Origin: Candidatus Omnitrophica bacterium UBA6233
Lineage (GTDB): Bacteria; Omnitrophota; Gorgyraeia; Gygaellales; Profunditerraquicolaceae
Reading direction: 5' to 3'
DNA length: 59,407 bases
Assembly (NCBI GenBank): GCA_002440965.1
Contig: DJWJ01000038.1
Coordinates: 1-59,407, forward strand
Below the pieces are notes generated by a model. It did not search any database. It had not been told where the DNA came from and worked only from the letters and a program-made list of their open reading frames with translations. This document shows, piece after piece, positions 1 to 10,367 of the stretch. The translations under genes and the position numbers were made by a program. Numbering within the stretch: the first letter of the stretch is position 1; each line of letters opens with the position of its first letter.

Positions 1-207
1 CTATTCTTTAACCTTGAACGGCCCAATACTTACAAAGAACATAAGACTCCTTGGCAGTTAGCCCAAGAGAAAAAGCCTGACCTAGATAAACGATTACTTA
101 TGACAGCTGCTATTGACCTTGATGTATTGCTTAAAAACTACCTTGCTTTTGTGGATCAAGGGGGTAAGGATCTATTGACTAATCCCTTATGGCAAGTTTT
201 TGCTTAA
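1..207 (+). mobile_element. 3' end of an IS: transposase C-terminus (frame +1, truncated at window edge) and right terminal inverted repeat (~159-186)
   Basis: Frame +1 reads LFFNLERPNTYKEHKTPWQLAQEKKPDLDKRLL...[15 protein letters not shown]. FNxxRPxxxxxxKTP resembles the YNxxRPHxxLxxxTP motif of rve/DDE transposases. 159-175 (AGGGGGTAAGGATCTAT) is the exact reverse complement of 59353-59369. Confidence 0.7.
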
Positions 208-953
208 AAAGGAATGGTTATCCCGGCTTCTACAGACTGTTCATTTTGGCGGGATTTCAATCTTATAAAAGCTTTGGCGTCAAGATGTTCCAAGAATTTA
301 TGTGTCATAGTAAGAGTTATGCTTAAAGGCTTGCCAAACTCGTTATTAAGGGCAAAAGTTATCTTGTCCGGGCCAAAGGTTGCCGAAGCCCCGAACTCTA
401 TTTCTTTTATCCTGCCTTGCCCATAATCCATTTGAAATGAGAGGCTTAAGTTGCGGCCGAATTTCCACTGGCCGTATAAAATAACCAGTTGGCCTTGGGT
501 TAGCCGGCTTTTACGCGTGCCTATGCCGATACGATAGCGAATTTCTCCTTCTTTAGGATAAAGCGACGGCGACTCAAGCTGGACTTTGAATTCAAAACGC
601 GAGGTTGAGCTTCCTTCCAGTATATAGACAAGCTTATTCGCGGAAGATATGTTCCAGTGGCCCTTAAAGGTCAATACATCCGGGCCTTCGCCGCAGTTGT
701 ATTGAATCTGCTGGTTTTTATTTATTTTCCAAGCGCCCGTGAAGGTATATTTATCCGGTTTTTTGGCCGTGCCCATGCGCGCTTTGGCTTCGAAAACCAG
801 TTCGTTGTATTCATTGGCGCGCCAAACGCCTTTAAGTTTGACTACGCGCAGTTTTTGACGTTTGGTTTTGGATATGGTTTGGATGGTTTCGATGACCAGA
901 GAATCGGATTCGGCCGCAATAAAACGCTTGCGGAGATTATCGGTAAGCTTCAT
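204..953 (-). CDS. Hypothetical beta-rich protein with internal GxW repeats and C-terminal Phe
   Basis: 249-aa ORF overlapping the upstream gene's stop; four [LF]xGxW motifs; ends [10 protein letters not shown]. Confidence 0.7.
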   Translation of the reverse strand: MKLTDNLRKRFIAAESDSLVIETIQTISKTKRQKLRVVKLKGVWRANEYNELVFEAKARMGTAKKPDKYTFTGAWKINKNQQIQYNCGEGPDVLTFKGHWNISSANKLVYILEGSSTSRFEFKVQLESPSLYPKEGEIRYRIGIGTRKSRLTQGQLVILYGQWKFGRNLSLSFQMDYGQGRIKEIEFGASATFGPDKITFALNNEFGKPLSITLTMTHKFLEHLDAKAFIRLKSRQNEQSVEAGITIPF

Positions 954-1986
954 AGATTTCTTTGATTGTGCCTTCTATGCCGTATTTATATTGCCAATCC
1001 GGGTAATGCGATTTGAATTTGGAGACATCGCTAATCCACCAGACGTGGTCGCCGATACGATTAGTAGCGATATATTCATAATCAAGTTTCTCGCCGCTTA
1101 GTTTCTCGCACATTTCTATTGCTTCAAGGACCGAAACGTTGGCAAACCTTCCTCCGCCTATGTTATAGACTTCTCCGCGGCGGGGATGCTGGAAATAATG
1201 ATAAAAGGCGTTTACCAGATCAAAAGAATGGATATTATCCCTGACCTGTTTGCCTTTGTAGCCATAAATTTTATATTTGCGTTTTGTTACGCAGCATTTA
1301 ACCAAATAGGATAAAAATCCGTGCAGTTCCACTCCGGAATGCAGCGGGCCGGTAAGACAGCCGGCGCGAAAAATTCCCGTCTTAAGGCCGAAATATTTTC
1401 CATATTCCTGCGTCATAATGTCGGCGGCTAATTTTGAGGAACCAAAGACTGAATGCAGGCAATTATCGATACTCATATCCTCATCTATGCCGTTATAATA
1501 CTTGTGGCTTTCCGGAATCTCAAAACGTTTTTCTTTTTCAATCAAAGGAAGGCGGTTTGGGGTATCGCCGTAGACTTTATTGGTAGAGGTAAAAATAAAA
1601 ACCGACTTGGGACAAAACTTACGGAAGGCTTCGAGCAACACAAGGGTTCCGCCGGCATTTATTCCAAAATCCACAATCGGATCTTTTGCCGCCCAATCGT
1701 GGGAAGGCTGGGCCGCCGTATGGACGATTAAAGCGATTTGCGAGCCATACTTCTTGAAGATTCTGTTTATTTTGGTTTCGTTACGGATATCGACGGAGAA
1801 ATGAGTATAGTTTTTGTATTGTTTGCGCAGGCGTTTTTTATTCCAAAGGATTGAGCCATCCGCGCCAAAGAAACTTTTGCGCATATTATTATCAATTCCG
1901 ACGATATCAAAGCCTTTGTCCGCGAAGAAGCTGACGGTTTCAGAGCCGATTAAGCCGCAAGAACCTGTAATCAGGACAATGGACAT
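937..1986 (-). CDS. NAD-dependent nucleotide-sugar epimerase, CDP-paratose 2-epimerase (RfbE)-like
   Basis: ITGSCGLIG Rossmann motif, [37 protein letters not shown]. Confidence 0.85.
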   Translation of the reverse strand: MSIVLITGSCGLIGSETVSFFADKGFDIVGIDNNMRKSFFGADGSILWNKKRLRKQYKNYTHFSVDIRNETKINRIFKKYGSQIALIVHTAAQPSHDWAAKDPIVDFGINAGGTLVLLEAFRKFCPKSVFIFTSTNKVYGDTPNRLPLIEKEKRFEIPESHKYYNGIDEDMSIDNCLHSVFGSSKLAADIMTQEYGKYFGLKTGIFRAGCLTGPLHSGVELHGFLSYLVKCCVTKRKYKIYGYKGKQVRDNIHSFDLVNAFYHYFQHPRRGEVYNIGGGRFANVSVLEAIEMCEKLSGEKLDYEYIATNRIGDHVWWISDVSKFKSHYPDWQYKYGIEGTIKEIYEAYR

Positions 1987-1988
1987 TT

Positions 1989-3008
1989 CTATTTATTATA
2001 TAGTTTGTTGATATCTTTTAATTTGCTCTTAAGCCAAGTTTGATGCTCAAGCGACCAAGCAACGGTGAGTTTAAGGCCCTGGGCAAGCGAGATATCCGGT
2101 TTCCAGCCGATCTCTCCGGCAGTTTTTGCCGAATTAAGGCTGTATCTTATATCATGGCCGAGGCGGTCTGAGACAAATGCGAATCTGCCGGGATTGGCTC
2201 CCAGGGTTTTGAGTAACAATTTTACTGTATCGATGTTTCTGCTCTCGCAGGCGCCGCCTAAATTATAGACTTCTCCGGCTTTTCCTTTTTTTAGTATCGC
2301 CAAAATACCCCGCGCGCAATCATCAACATAGAGCCATTCGCGCACGTTCAAACCTTTGCCATAAACCGGAATTTTGCCACCCTCCAATATTCTAAGGATA
2401 GCCAGTGGAATCAATTTTTCCGGATACTGCCAAGGGCCATAATTATTTGAAGGGCGAATGATTATCGCGGGGAATTTGTAGGTCCTGATATAGGCTTGAA
2501 CCAAAAGGTCTGCTGCCGCTTTGGAAGCGGCGTAAGGGCTGTTTGGCTTAATAGGGGAATTCTCGGTAAACTTGCCATTGGCGATTTCTCCGTAAACCTC
2601 GTCGGTGGAAATAAAAATAAACTTACTTACTCCGTGTTTACGGGAGGCGTCAAGAAGAACTTGTGTGCCCTTGACATTGGTTTCAATGAATGGCGCGGCA
2701 TCATTAATGCTGCGGTCTACGTGGCTCTCGGCGGCAAAATGAACTACGCTATCCGGCTTTTCCTGAGAAAAAATAGACCTGATTTTGTTTTTATCGCAGA
2801 TATCGGTTTTGTAGAACTTAAAACTTTCTTTTAATTCTTTAAGGCGCTTGAGGTCGCCGGCATAGGTAAGCTTGTCAATAACTATAGGGACGGTTCTATT
2901 CTTATGGCCATTTAGCATAGAACCGTCCCTGATGAATAATCGCACAAAAGCGCTGCCGATAAACCCGGCGCCGCCGGTAATTAATATTTTAGGTATTCTT
3001 TTACGCAT
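1989..3008 (-). CDS. rfbB: dTDP-glucose 4,6-dehydratase
   Basis: [55 protein letters not shown]. Confidence 0.95.
   Translation of the reverse strand: MRKRIPKILITGGAGFIGSAFVRLFIRDGSMLNGHKNRTVPIVIDKLTYAGDLKRLKELKESFKFYKTDICDKNKIRSIFSQEKPDSVVHFAAESHVDRSINDAAPFIETNVKGTQVLLDASRKHGVSKFIFISTDEVYGEIANGKFTENSPIKPNSPYAASKAAADLLVQAYIRTYKFPAIIIRPSNNYGPWQYPEKLIPLAILRILEGGKIPVYGKGLNVREWLYVDDCARGILAILKKGKAGEVYNLGGACESRNIDTVKLLLKTLGANPGRFAFVSDRLGHDIRYSLNSAKTAGEIGWKPDISLAQGLKLTVAWSLEHQTWLKSKLKDINKLYNK
2886..2930. repeat. 45-bp REP-like palindrome (GGACGGTTC family) in frame within rmlB
   Basis: AGGGACGGTTCTAT (2886-2899), 17-nt loop, ATAGAACCGTCCCT (2917-2930); encodes [15 protein letters not shown]. Confidence 0.9.
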
Positions 3009-3802
3009 TCTTCCAGAACCGAATCAATCGGCCTCACTTTAAAACCTGTTTTCTCGAGTTTACGCGTGGACAGGAGTAAATTCGTGCGCACTAACCCTAA
3101 TTTACGGAAATCAATTGTTTCATACTTAAAATCCGGCGCGTATTTCCTGTAAACTTCCATTAACTCGGGGTAGCTTAATCCGCCTTTATTTACCAAATTG
3201 TAAATTCCTCTGGCGTCAATTTTAAGCAAATGTTCCAACGCCCGGATAAAATCAGGAATATAGGTTACCGAATTTTTCAAAGTTATGACTTTTCCATATT
3301 TAATCAATTTATCCAAGACGTTTTTGGGATGCGGTTGGTTCAACAGCGGAATCCGGATGCGGCAAATTAGAATATTATATTTCCTACTAAGTTCGGCCAA
3401 GGCTAACTCGGGATAAATCTTGGAGCGGCTATAAAACAGGCCGAAGAAATCCGGGGTTTTTTCTTCCGCTAGCGGCTTATCCAAAGAATAGTTAAATTTA
3501 AAAATACATCCGCTGCTGATATGCACCAGTTTTATGTTGTTGCGCAAAGCGGCTTCGGCCAAAATAAGCGGAACAAAACTGTTGGCAAGCAGGGTAGCGT
3601 CTTTATCCAGCTCGCAGTCATCCACATTGTTCTTTCCGGTCGAGCCTATGCAATTAATGATGATTTTAGGGTTATACTTTTTGATTATTTTTTCGGCGTC
3701 CTTAAAATTCCGGATGAAACTTGAGCAAATAGCGCAGTCAAAAGCCTTTTGCAGTTTCTCGCCGATAAAACCTTTGCCTAAGATTAATATTTTGTTATTC
3801 AT
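2981..3802 (-). CDS. RmlD-superfamily reductase resembling bifunctional NRS/ER (UER1-type) 3,5-epimerase/4-reductase
   Basis: [41 protein letters not shown]; located between rmlA and rmlB. Confidence 0.75.
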   Translation of the reverse strand: MNNKILILGKGFIGEKLQKAFDCAICSSFIRNFKDAEKIIKKYNPKIIINCIGSTGKNNVDDCELDKDATLLANSFVPLILAEAALRNNIKLVHISSGCIFKFNYSLDKPLAEEKTPDFFGLFYSRSKIYPELALAELSRKYNILICRIRIPLLNQPHPKNVLDKLIKYGKVITLKNSVTYIPDFIRALEHLLKIDARGIYNLVNKGGLSYPELMEVYRKYAPDFKYETIDFRKLGLVRTNLLLSTRKLEKTGFKVRPIDSVLEECVKEYLKY

Positions 3803-4661
3803 TTTTTAGTAAATCCTTCAGGTAATCGCCGTAACTGGTGGGGATCTGCGCGGCTAATTTTAACAGGCGCTTCTTGTCGATATAACCCATTCGATAGCTG
3901 ACTTCTTCGATACAGCCGATTTTCAGGCCCTGCCTCTCTTCGATTGTTTTAATAAATGTCGAGGCGTCGATTAATGATTCGTAAGTTCCGGTATCCAGCC
4001 AAGCGTAACCGCGGCCGAGAAATTTAACTTCCAGCCTGCCTTTTTTTATGTATTCATTATTGACTGCGGTAATCTCTAATTCTCCGCGGCTCGAAGGCTT
4101 AATTTTTTTAGCGATATCAACCACTTTGTTATCATAAAAATACAGGCCGGAAACAACCCAGTTGGTTTGAGGATTTTTCGGCTTTTCCCTTATAGCCGAC
4201 ACCTTGCAATTTTTATTAAATTCAATTACTCCGTAACGGGCAGGATCTTTGACATAATAACCGAATACTAGCGCGCCTTCTTTGATTTTGGCTGCCTCCT
4301 GTAAAAGCTCGCCTAAATTGTATCCGTAGAAAATATTATCTCCGAGGATAAGACAAACGCTGGAATCTCCGATGAATTTCTCGGCGATGATGAAACTTTG
4401 GGCAATACCCCGGGGAGACTCCTGTTGCGCATACGAAAGCTTAATCCCCAGGCTTGCGCCGTCACCCAACAGGTCCTTAAAACGGGGTAAATCTTTGGGA
4501 GTGGAAATAATCAGGATATCCTTTATTCCGGACAGCAGCAAAACCGAAAGCGGATAATAGATCATCGGCTTGTCGTAAACAGGAAGCATCTGCTTGCAAA
4601 CGCCTTTAGTGATAGGATAGAGCCGCGTAGCTTTTCCGCCAGCCAGAATTATGCCTTTCAT
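3795..4661 (-). CDS. rfbA: Glucose-1-phosphate thymidylyltransferase
   Basis: [42 protein letters not shown]. Confidence 0.97.
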   Translation of the reverse strand: MKGIILAGGKATRLYPITKGVCKQMLPVYDKPMIYYPLSVLLLSGIKDILIISTPKDLPRFKDLLGDGASLGIKLSYAQQESPRGIAQSFIIAEKFIGDSSVCLILGDNIFYGYNLGELLQEAAKIKEGALVFGYYVKDPARYGVIEFNKNCKVSAIREKPKNPQTNWVVSGLYFYDNKVVDIAKKIKPSSRGELEITAVNNEYIKKGRLEVKFLGRGYAWLDTGTYESLIDASTFIKTIEERQGLKIGCIEEVSYRMGYIDKKRLLKLAAQIPTSYGDYLKDLLKNE

Positions 4662-4921
4662 TTAGCCCCCTTGCCAAATTTAAAATATAAGAATATGAGC
4701 ACGGACAAAGTTATTATGGTTATTACATTTGCGATGATGATTACCGGGTCCCGCCGGAGAATCCCGTAAATTATCCAGAGAAAAACTCCCATGGAGAGCT
4801 GGAATAAAGTGATGGGGCTGACGTCTTTAACAGATTTGGTCCGCAACGACCTGATTATCTGCGGAACAAAAGAAAACATTGTTAAGGTAGCGGCGCTTAG
4901 GCCGATTAGGGTACAGAGCAT
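4658..4921 (-). CDS. SemiSWEET (PQ-loop) sugar transporter
   Basis: 87 aa, three hydrophobic helices, SFVPQIIR...DVS, WIIYG, IIIAN. Confidence 0.85.
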   Translation of the reverse strand: MLCTLIGLSAATLTMFSFVPQIIRSLRTKSVKDVSPITLFQLSMGVFLWIIYGILRRDPVIIIANVITIITLSVLIFLYFKFGKGAK

Positions 4922-4930
4922 AATTGAAAA

Positions 4931-6091
4931 TTATAGCACAATTTTTAGGAACCTGCGGGAGCCGGCCTTAAGAATGCCGCCCGCTTTAGGAACAAAATCT
5001 TCCTTCTCTATCTTCTGATTGTCAAAAGTTATTGCGCCTTGCTTAATCAGCCTGCGGGCTTCATTGCCGCTTGCGGCTAACTTGCTTTCGGTGAGTATAG
5101 TAACTATTGTTTTTTGGGAATCGGATTTAAATTCGGGCATATCCTGAGGAATCTCTTTTTGGGAAAAAACCCGCTGGAATTCCAACGCTTCTTTTTCTGC
5201 GGCTTCTTTTGAATGATATTGAGAGATTATAATTTTGGCTAAATTTACTTTGGCTTCTTTGGGATGCATATTCTTGATATTATCCAGATTTTCCCCTGTA
5301 AGTAACTCATAGTATTTAAGCATAAGCTCGTCGGAAACAGACATAATTTTGCCAAACATCTCTTTTGGCGATTCGTTTATGCCAATGTAGTTGCCGTAAG
5401 ACTTACTCATTTTCTGAATGCCGTCAGTCCCCTCTAAAAGCGGCATAGTGATAACAATCTGCTGAGGCTGACCGTAGTCCTTCTGCATCTGCCTGCCCAT
5501 TAAAAGATTAAATTTCTGGTCAGTTCCACCCAACTCTATATCTGCCTTGAGCTCTACAGAATCATAGCCCTGTATCAACGGATACATAAATTCCAGTATT
5601 GAAATATCCTCCCCGCTAACATAACGTTTCTTAAAATCTTCTCTGGCGAGCATTTGAGCAACGCTAGAATGCGTAGTTAGATGTAACAAACCGAATATGT
5701 CTATTTTACTAAGCCATTCGCTGTTAAACTTAATTTTAAGGCTTTCACTCCCGGTATCTAAAATTTTAGAAACTTGCGTTTTATAGGATTCTGCATTTTT
5801 AAGAACTTCTTCCCTGGTAAGTTGTTTTCTTTTCTCTGAACGACCAGTAGGATCTCCGATTTGACCGGTAAGATCACCGATAAGAAAATAAACTTCGTGG
5901 CCTAAATCCTGAAACTGACGCAATTTCCTTAAAAGCACGGTATGCCCCAGATGCAAATCCGGAGCTGTAGGATCAAAACCGGCTTTGATTTTAAGCGGAC
6001 GATTCTCCCCGAGCTTTTTACGCAATTCCACTTCGGAGATTAAATCCACTGCTCCACGCTTAATGATCTCTACTTGCTTATTGATATCCAT
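4931..6091 (-). CDS. tyrS: Tyrosine--tRNA ligase
   Basis: GFDPTAPDLHLGH (HIGH-like), GGTDQKFN, KMSKS, C-terminal S4 domain. Confidence 0.97.
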   Translation of the reverse strand: MDINKQVEIIKRGAVDLISEVELRKKLGENRPLKIKAGFDPTAPDLHLGHTVLLRKLRQFQDLGHEVYFLIGDLTGQIGDPTGRSEKRKQLTREEVLKNAESYKTQVSKILDTGSESLKIKFNSEWLSKIDIFGLLHLTTHSSVAQMLAREDFKKRYVSGEDISILEFMYPLIQGYDSVELKADIELGGTDQKFNLLMGRQMQKDYGQPQQIVITMPLLEGTDGIQKMSKSYGNYIGINESPKEMFGKIMSVSDELMLKYYELLTGENLDNIKNMHPKEAKVNLAKIIISQYHSKEAAEKEALEFQRVFSQKEIPQDMPEFKSDSQKTIVTILTESKLAASGNEARRLIKQGAITFDNQKIEKEDFVPKAGGILKAGSRRFLKIVL

Positions 6092-6103
6092 ATTTTTTCA
6101 TAT

Positions 6104-6149
6104 AGGGACGGTTCTATGCTAAATGGCTATATAGAATAGAACCGTCCCT
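6104..6149. repeat. Intergenic REP-like palindrome (GGACGGTTC family)
   Basis: 14-bp perfect arms 6104-6117 and 6136-6149; near-identical, inverted copy of the element in rmlB. Confidence 0.9.
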
Positions 6150-6161
6150 GTTTTTAATGTT

Positions 6162-7703
6162 TTATATCCTCGCTGTTAAACCTATCTTGGCCTGCTCCAC
6201 ATCCACTTTAATCACCTTAACCTGAATTTTGTTTCCGGGATTTAATTTGGATACGGAATCTTTATCAATCTCGCTGGAATAAATCAACCCCTCCAGATCA
6301 TCCTCCATTTTTACAAAAACACCAAAGTCGGTAAGATTGACTACTTCCGCTTCTAAAACCGTATCTAATGGATATTTTTCGGCAATCTTGCCCCAAGGAT
6401 TTTCCTGAAGCTGTTTTAAGCCTAAGGCGATACGCCTGTTTTGGCTATCAACGGAAATAACCATCACATCAACCTTCTGGCCCTTCTTTAATACATCTTG
6501 CGGATGGCCGATTCTCTTGGTCCAAGACATATCGGAAACATGAATCATTCCCTCCAGGCTATTATCCAATTCGACAAACGCGCCATAATCGGTAAATCCC
6601 CGCACTTTGCCGCTGACGGTAGAACCTTGCGCATATTTCGATTCGGCATCTAACCACGGATTCTGCTCTAATTGTTTTAAGCTGAGCGAAATCCTGCGCG
6701 AGTCTTTATCAACGCTGATAATCTGGGTCTCGAGCATATCTCCGACGGCAAACATCTCCTGCGGATTATTGATTCTCTTGGTCCAGGAGATTTCGGAAAC
6801 ATGAATCAACCCTTCGACCCCTTTTTCCAACTCTACAAATACGCCATACGGGAGAATATTGACAACTTTGCCTTTTACCTTTGCGCCTACACTGAATTTA
6901 CTGACAATGTCGGACCACGGATCAGGCATTCTTTGTTTCAAGCCCAAAGAGATTTTACCGGATTCTTTGTCTAAGTTAAGAATCACAACCTCGATTTTAC
7001 CGCCTAAAGCGACTATCTCCGAAGGATGGCTTATCTTTGACCAAGACATATCGGTAATATGCAAAAGCCCATCCACCCCGCCTAAATCGATAAAGGCTCC
7101 GAAATCCGTTATTGCCTTGACTGTTCCCGGAACAATACTCCCGATTTTTAACTCCTGCCAGATTCTATCCTTAGCGACATCTCTTTCTTTCTGCACGGCT
7201 TCCCTGCGGCTTAATATTATACTGCGCCTCAGGTTATTGACCTTAACAATCTTGAACTGGAAAGATTTATAAAGTATATCTTTATCCGCGATATTCTTAA
7301 AAGCGGATAACGATAGAGGCAAAAATCCTTCTATCCCCATAACATCGACGAGGAATCCGCCTTTAACTTTCTTAACCGGCCTTCCTTCAATAAGCGTCCC
7401 TTCGTGGGAAAACTTAACCACTTGATCCCAGCCCTGTATACTTATCGCCTTCTCTCGGCTCAACACGATATTTCCGGCATCATTTTCTATTGACTCCAGG
7501 AAAAACTCGATTTCTTTGCCCACTTCCAAATCCGCTTTTGAGAATTCGGTAATAGGAACTACTCCTTCAGATTTAAAACCTACATCCACTAAAACCTCTT
7601 TTTGCTTTATGGCTACGATTTTACCCGTTACCACATGCCCTTCTTTAATAATCTTGATGCTTTCATTATACAATTGTTCTAATTCCTGCCTTGAGCCTGT
7701 CAT
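6162..7703 (-). CDS. rpsA: 30S ribosomal protein S1
   Basis: Tandem S1 repeats (TDFGAFIDLGGVDGLLHITDMSW, YGVFVELEKGVEGLIHVSEISW). Confidence 0.97.
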   Translation of the reverse strand: MTGSRQELEQLYNESIKIIKEGHVVTGKIVAIKQKEVLVDVGFKSEGVVPITEFSKADLEVGKEIEFFLESIENDAGNIVLSREKAISIQGWDQVVKFSHEGTLIEGRPVKKVKGGFLVDVMGIEGFLPLSLSAFKNIADKDILYKSFQFKIVKVNNLRRSIILSRREAVQKERDVAKDRIWQELKIGSIVPGTVKAITDFGAFIDLGGVDGLLHITDMSWSKISHPSEIVALGGKIEVVILNLDKESGKISLGLKQRMPDPWSDIVSKFSVGAKVKGKVVNILPYGVFVELEKGVEGLIHVSEISWTKRINNPQEMFAVGDMLETQIISVDKDSRRISLSLKQLEQNPWLDAESKYAQGSTVSGKVRGFTDYGAFVELDNSLEGMIHVSDMSWTKRIGHPQDVLKKGQKVDVMVISVDSQNRRIALGLKQLQENPWGKIAEKYPLDTVLEAEVVNLTDFGVFVKMEDDLEGLIYSSEIDKDSVSKLNPGNKIQVKVIKVDVEQAKIGLTARI

Positions 7704-7761
7704 TTTAAATTCTCCTTTACGATTTATTATTTAGTTTTGAACTAACCTCTTAACTGAATAG

Positions 7762-8358
7762 TTAATTATTCTCGTTTGCTAAATTCTTTATGTTAGCCAT
7801 TATCATTTCAGAAATTTCATGATAAGGCTTCCCCCTTTCTATATGGATTTCTTTGCCAAACACTACTTTTACCTTTGCCAAGCACAATCTTCTTGTTCCC
7901 CTCGGCAAGGCTACTTCTGTTCCCGACACAAACGCAGGAATGACCGGCACATTCAACTTATCCGCCAAAAATCCCGCGCCTGGTTCAGGGTCGACAAACG
8001 CGGTCTCCTTTGTCCGGCGCGTTCCTTCGGGAAACAAAGCTAACCCGTTTCCCGACTTGGCGTTACTAAGCGCTTTTCTTATCGCTGATAGGTCCGCTGA
8101 ACCGCGCCTTACAGGTATGACATTAACTGCCTTAAGCCATCCGGAAAGAACTGGATAGTTAAACAGGGTATTCTTAGCCATAAAACTTACACTGCGCGGG
8201 CACGCCGTCCCAACCGCAATAGGATCCAAATAGCTAAAATGGTTGCTGACCAGAATAAATCCGCCTGTTTCAGGGATGAATTCCCTGCCTTTAAATTCAA
8301 TACGGAAAAAAAGCTTGCACAATAGAAGAAGTATAAACCTGCTAAGCCTATACGCCAT
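7762..8358 (-). CDS. plsC: 1-acyl-sn-glycerol-3-phosphate acyltransferase
   Basis: NHFSYLD (NHxxxxD) and FPEGTR motifs. Confidence 0.9.
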   Translation of the reverse strand: MAYRLSRFILLLLCKLFFRIEFKGREFIPETGGFILVSNHFSYLDPIAVGTACPRSVSFMAKNTLFNYPVLSGWLKAVNVIPVRRGSADLSAIRKALSNAKSGNGLALFPEGTRRTKETAFVDPEPGAGFLADKLNVPVIPAFVSGTEVALPRGTRRLCLAKVKVVFGKEIHIERGKPYHEISEMIMANIKNLANENN

Positions 8359-9733
8359 TCTCCAAAATTACCTTCTTTCCTAATTCCAAAAGTTTCTTTG
8401 CCTGCGTCAGGCTTTTTGCTTCCGCGTAAATACGCATAATCGGCTCGGTTCCCGAACCGCGAAACATCAACCATTGATCCACACAAACCAATTTCAAACC
8501 GTCATAATCTTTTATATCAACCACCTTCTTGCCCAATAATTCTTTCGGCAGGTTTTCTTTTTTAGGTTCCACCCGTTTTTCCAAATGCAAGTCAGCGCGC
8601 ACATAATAAAACTTGCCGAACTGTTTCTCCATCTCATTCAGTATCTTAAGGATATTTTTATTGCGAAAAATCATCATTTCAATTAGCAGCATTCCGGCCA
8701 TGCTTCCATCGCGTTCAGGGATATAATTTTTTACCCCCATCCCTCCGGCTTCTTCGCCTCCGGCGACTATATCTTCTGTTTCCATAAGATTAGAGATATA
8801 TTTAAAACCAACCGGCGTTTCATAAAGCTTGATTTTTAGAAAGTTGGCTATGTTATCCATCATCGTCGTCCCGCAAATCGTTTTTACCAAACCGCCGGAC
8901 CAACCCCTGTCCTGATTTAAATGCAGCGCTAAAAGGCCTAAAATTTTCTGAGGATGGATAAATACGCCACCGGGAGCTACCGCGGCAATCCTGTCCGCGT
9001 CTCCATCAAGAGCAATACCTAAATCGAATTTCTCTTTTTTCACCCGCTCTTTTAACTCTTCCAGATTTTCCTCAACCGGCTCAGGCCTCTTGCCGCCAAA
9101 AGAAGGATTTATTGAGTTGCGCATAAACTCAAGCTTAATTTTGGTGCCTTTTAAAATCTGGCCGATAAAACTATCTCCCGAACCATACATCGCATCAACC
9201 AAAACTTTAAATTTCTTGTTCTTTATTTTCTTAAAATCGATATACGAACGAATGAACTTGACATAATCTTTGGTTAAATCGGATTCTTTAACAGAAATTG
9301 TCTTTTCGTTTCTTTCCACGGGGGATTTTTGCCCCAAAAGTTTTTCGATTTCCTGAGTAACTTCAACCGGCGCAGCGCCGCCTGAAGGCATCTTAACTTT
9401 GAAACCGTTATATTCTGCAGGATTGTGGGAGGCAGTAATCATAATCCCTAAATCGGCTTTCATATTTTTTACTGCCAAGCTTAATGCCGGGGTAGGCACC
9501 GGCCTATCCGAAAGAATTACCTCTATGCCATTATTACTTATAACTTCGGCTACAACAAAGGCGAATTTTCCTGACATAAAACGGGTATCAAAACCAATAA
9601 CGATTTTTTTCCCCTCTCCCAGGTAATCCGCCGTAGCTTGAGCCAAAATCCTCAAATTCTTAAAATTGTAAGTATCGCCAATTACCGCCCGCCACCCGTC
9701 TGTCCCGAATTTAATCTCGCTATTACCCTGCAT
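8348..9733 (-). CDS. Phosphoglucomutase/phosphomannomutase family protein
   Basis: FGTDGWR, ITASHNP, DGDADR, GGEEAGG, RGSGTEP. Confidence 0.93.
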   Translation of the reverse strand: MQGNSEIKFGTDGWRAVIGDTYNFKNLRILAQATADYLGEGKKIVIGFDTRFMSGKFAFVVAEVISNNGIEVILSDRPVPTPALSLAVKNMKADLGIMITASHNPAEYNGFKVKMPSGGAAPVEVTQEIEKLLGQKSPVERNEKTISVKESDLTKDYVKFIRSYIDFKKIKNKKFKVLVDAMYGSGDSFIGQILKGTKIKLEFMRNSINPSFGGKRPEPVEENLEELKERVKKEKFDLGIALDGDADRIAAVAPGGVFIHPQKILGLLALHLNQDRGWSGGLVKTICGTTMMDNIANFLKIKLYETPVGFKYISNLMETEDIVAGGEEAGGMGVKNYIPERDGSMAGMLLIEMMIFRNKNILKILNEMEKQFGKFYYVRADLHLEKRVEPKKENLPKELLGKKVVDIKDYDGLKLVCVDQWLMFRGSGTEPIMRIYAEAKSLTQAKKLLELGKKVILENGV

Positions 9734-10367
9734 TTCTAATCCTTTCTATAGCTTTTCTTTTGTCTTTCGCGCCAAAAACATAGGATCCGGCTGCCAGAAC
9801 ATTGGCGCCGGCCCTGACAACGCTTTGCGCGGTTAACTCGTTTATGCCGCCATCCACAGAAATATCTCCTTTAAAAATCGCGCGCAATTCTTTAATTTTG
9901 GGAATTGCCGCCGGGATAAAGCTTTGCCCGCCAAAACCCGGATTAACCGACATTACCAGAATAAAATCCGCGTATTTCAATACAGGTTTAATCCGAGCTA
10001 CTGGTGTAGCCGGATTAAAAGATACACCAAGCTCAACCCCTTTGGATTTCAGCTTTCTCTTTTGAATCCCAAGCCTTAAACCTGAAATAGTTTCTATATG
10101 CACAGTAATCATATCGCTTCCGGCATCAATAAAGGTATCGATATATTTTTGCGGATTCTCAATCATCAAATGCACATCCAAAGGTAATTTCGTGCATTTA
10201 CGGATACATTTGACCACAATCGGGCCGATAGTGATATTTGGAACAAAATGCCCGTCCATAACGTCGATATGGAGCATATCGGCGCCAGCCTTCTCAACCT
10301 TTTTAATCTCTTCTCCAAGGCAGCTAAAATCAGCGGATAATATTGACGGAGCAATTTTTATCTTCAT
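9723..10367 (-). CDS. rpe: Ribulose-phosphate 3-epimerase
   Basis: IAPSILSADF, HIDVMDGHFVPN, MSVNPGFGGQ, VDGGIN. Confidence 0.97.
   Translation of the reverse strand: MKIKIAPSILSADFSCLGEEIKKVEKAGADMLHIDVMDGHFVPNITIGPIVVKCIRKCTKLPLDVHLMIENPQKYIDTFIDAGSDMITVHIETISGLRLGIQKRKLKSKGVELGVSFNPATPVARIKPVLKYADFILVMSVNPGFGGQSFIPAAIPKIKELRAIFKGDISVDGGINELTAQSVVRAGANVLAAGSYVFGAKDKRKAIERIRNAG

Noticed and set aside
8187-8486. Minus-strand 99-aa ORF overlapping plsC and pgm
   Set aside because: It is an alternate-frame overlap of two confident genes with no motif support.
10055-10090. Possible heptamer remnant in rpe (SGLRLGIQKRK)
   Set aside because: The periodicity is too degenerate to distinguish from chance.
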